A stretch of DNA of 64,000 bases from Candidatus Hydrogenedentota bacterium (GTDB lineage: Bacteria > Hydrogenedentota > Hydrogenedentia > Hydrogenedentales > SLHB01): assembly GCA_963745075.1 (NCBI GenBank), contig CAVUWV010000010.1, positions 192,001 to 256,000 on the forward strand, in the 5' to 3' direction. A program made the position numbers and the translations under genes. Below, piece after piece: positions 61,878-64,000 of this stretch (its first letter is position 1; the number at the start of each line of letters is the position of its first letter). The notes beneath the pieces are model-generated. The model worked only from the letters and a program-made list of their open reading frames with translations, ran no database searches and was not told the DNA's origin.

Positions 61878-63131
61878 ATGGTCACATGGATCAGGATGCT
61901 GTGTCCTTTGGCCTTCGTGGTTTTGGTAGGTGAAGCGCCATCCCCTCCGGCCTTGGAGACTGTATCCGCACATTGCCTGACCATGGACAAAAAGGTGATC
62001 CCCCTCTACTGGCAGTGCGGCCAACTCTGGACTACGAACGTCAAGATGCCGGACCTCGTGCTGACGAACTCGGGGCCGAATCCGGTCACACCTGTCGAGG
62101 TAGAGATTGTCGGGTTGGCCGAGGGCCGGCAAGTGGCGACGCAAAGTATCGCGGACGATCTCGAAGACGTTGTACGACAAACAAACGCGCAATTCGTCGA
62201 CATCCTCGGGAAGGACACGCTCGACGACGTGACGAATCCCCGTTTGGCAACCGGTTTCGGCACGATGACGTTCGGCGGCACGAAGCTTAGCAGCGACGCC
62301 TCCATCCGCACCGGCGAAAGCGCTGTGCTCCTGCTCTCGCGCTGCCTGTTCTTCACCTACACAGGGCTGACCAAAGTCGAGGCGCTTCAGATCACGGTGA
62401 CCGTCCAGGATGGAGCGGAACTGAAGACCGTTGCGTGCCCGATCGACTTTACGCCGTATGAGACGAAGGGCGACTATGCGTTCCCGCTGAAAGGCGACCT
62501 TTGTGTGAACAATCTCCCAATGAATCTGACGCAACATCGGGTGGCCCTGTCCCAGGAATTCGCCTTCGACGTGATGGCCGCAGGGCCCATCGAGGATGGG
62601 CATGGTCCGTTCCTCCGCGGCCCGAATGCGCAGAAGCTTTCCGACTACCCGATCTACCACCGTGACGTCTTGGCCGCCGGGGATGGTGTTGTGGTGGAAA
62701 TCGGCACGAAATTCCCCGAATCGCTCGTGAGTAACCCGGCGGAGTTTTCGGAAGAACGGTTCCGGGACTTGGGAACGGATCTTATCGAGCAGATCGGGTA
62801 TGTAAACTACCTTGCCGGTAACTACGTCATCATCGATCATGAGAATGGCGAATTCAGCTTCTACGGCCATTTGAGCGAAGACACCATCCGGGTGAAGCCG
62901 GGCGACCGCGTATCGAAGGGCGACGCGATCGCCGCCGTGGGCAACACCGGCCATTCCAGCGAACCCCACCTCCATTTCCAACTTATGGACGCCAAGGATT
63001 TCCTCACGGCAAACGGATTGCCGGTCATGTTCACCGACGTGCCCGCATCAGCCATCAACCAGAACTGCACGGCCTCCAACGCCCTCATCGGGACCGACTA
63101 TGTGATCCTACGGATTGGATCTGAAGAGTAG
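61878..63131 (+). CDS. Secreted M23-family peptidase
   Basis: QHR..FAFD, VLAAGDGVVV, GNYVIIDH..YGHL and GNTGHSSEPHLHF motifs. Confidence 0.85.
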   Translation: MVTWIRMLCPLAFVVLVGEAPSPPALETVSAHCLTMDKKVIPLYWQCGQLWTTNVKMPDLVLTNSGPNPVTPVEVEIVGLAEGRQVATQSIADDLEDVVRQTNAQFVDILGKDTLDDVTNPRLATGFGTMTFGGTKLSSDASIRTGESAVLLLSRCLFFTYTGLTKVEALQITVTVQDGAELKTVACPIDFTPYETKGDYAFPLKGDLCVNNLPMNLTQHRVALSQEFAFDVMAAGPIEDGHGPFLRGPNAQKLSDYPIYHRDVLAAGDGVVVEIGTKFPESLVSNPAEFSEERFRDLGTDLIEQIGYVNYLAGNYVIIDHENGEFSFYGHLSEDTIRVKPGDRVSKGDAIAAVGNTGHSSEPHLHFQLMDAKDFLTANGLPVMFTDVPASAINQNCTASNALIGTDYVILRIGSEE

Positions 63132-63134
63132 CTG

Positions 63135-63312
63135 TCCACCGATTGCACCGATTTTCACCGATGAAGAGAAGAGATACCAGTTGTCCGCAGATGTCGCAGA
63201 TGAAAGGTCTCAAGATTCATTGAATCTGTGTTTATCGGTGTCCTTCTGTGGTTCTGAAGGCTGTCGTCCCGTTCGTGGCAAACCACGGATACACACCGAT
63301 GAACACGGATAA
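63135..63312. repeat. Cluster of roughly 9-10 nt periodic CAC(C/G)GAT / CGCAGAT repeats in both orientations
   Basis: CACCGATTGCACCGATTTTCACCGAT; CGCAGATGTCGCAGAT; ATCTGTGTTTATCGGTGTCCTTCTGTGG; CACGGATACACACCGATGAACACGGAT. Confidence 0.65.
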
Positions 63313-63390
63313 AGAATCGCGTTCCTCGCATCCTTTCATTGGGCAGTCGGCAATACCCTTCTGGACCCCGATCTCCAGTATCCGATGTCA

Positions 63391-63486
63391 GGACTGAAAG
63401 TCCGCCGCAACCCTAGCTCAGGGTGCAGCGAAGCGGAACCCTGGGAACGGGAACATCTCAATCCCAAGCGCTGAAAGTGCGAAACA
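63391..63486. repeat. REP-like element with paired TGAAA-loop hairpins (family E)
   Basis: GGAC-TGAAA-GTCC ... CAGGGT-GCAGCGAAGCGGA-ACCCTG ... GCGC-TGAAA-GTGC. Confidence 0.45.
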
Positions 63487-63655
63487 TCTGGGCATTGCCA
63501 TGTTCTATATTGAAACGCGTATGCGTCGCATTACCGATCAAGCTCCTCGTACCCTCACTTAGCTCAACTTCCAGTAATCACAAAGCCTATGTTGGAAGTG
63601 GTTTTAATGGAATGGCTTACCCTCGGACGTCCGAGGTGTGCTTTTGAGAACTTCC

Positions 63656-63672
63656 TTGGCATACCCCTTGCT
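63656..63672 (+). promoter_or_regulatory. Sigma54 (-24/-12) promoter upstream of dnaK
   Basis: TTGGCATACCCCTTGCT is a close match to TGGCAC-N5-TTGCW. Confidence 0.7.
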
Positions 63673-63712
63673 CATCCCTTACCGACGGGCGTGGACCGCC
63701 CGTGAAGTTTGA

Positions 63713-64000
<288 letters not shown>

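Noticed and set aside
63558..63582. TTAGCTC... as a CIRCE element before dnaK
   Set aside because: It lacks TTAGCACTC and the GAGTGCTAA half-site.

Overview
A 64 kb GC-rich bacterial chromosomal segment. It contains no phage, CRISPR array or intact transposase that I could recognise. Gene content tentatively suggests an uncultured lineage such as Ca. Hydrogenedentota; that is an inference only. The left part holds a kup fragment, two HD-GYP response regulators flanking a small PD-(D/E)XK nuclease/Dam-family methylase pair, an FmdB-like gene with argD-argF-argG-argH, ppdK, a sigma54-type pilin and tRNA-Arg(TCT). The middle holds secreted proteins, an LRAT/lipase/WS-DGAT lipid set interrupted by an M6 protease, and a ~19 kb surface-glycan locus. 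That locus encodes the GDP-heptose pathway, GDP-sugar modifiers, KdsB, a DHS-like protein, a sulfotransferase and a flippase/sulfatase-like fusion. The right part holds a DRG GTPase, a PQQ dehydrogenase, M50 and M23 peptidases and the start of dnaK. The most notable observations are four. (1) A 35-bp synonymous-variant duplication of a lipoprotein gene's 3' end brackets a 2.5 kb orphan gene, which looks like an attL/attR scar. (2) Several families of intergenic inverted-repeat elements occur, including a MITE/REPIN-like family whose inverted copies flank an M50 gene. (3) There is an unannotated 33-aa hydrophobic sORF with a strong RBS. (4) The glycan locus combines unusual enzymes. Ten genes are frameshifted, mostly by one extra base in a short run, which is most likely consensus sequencing error.
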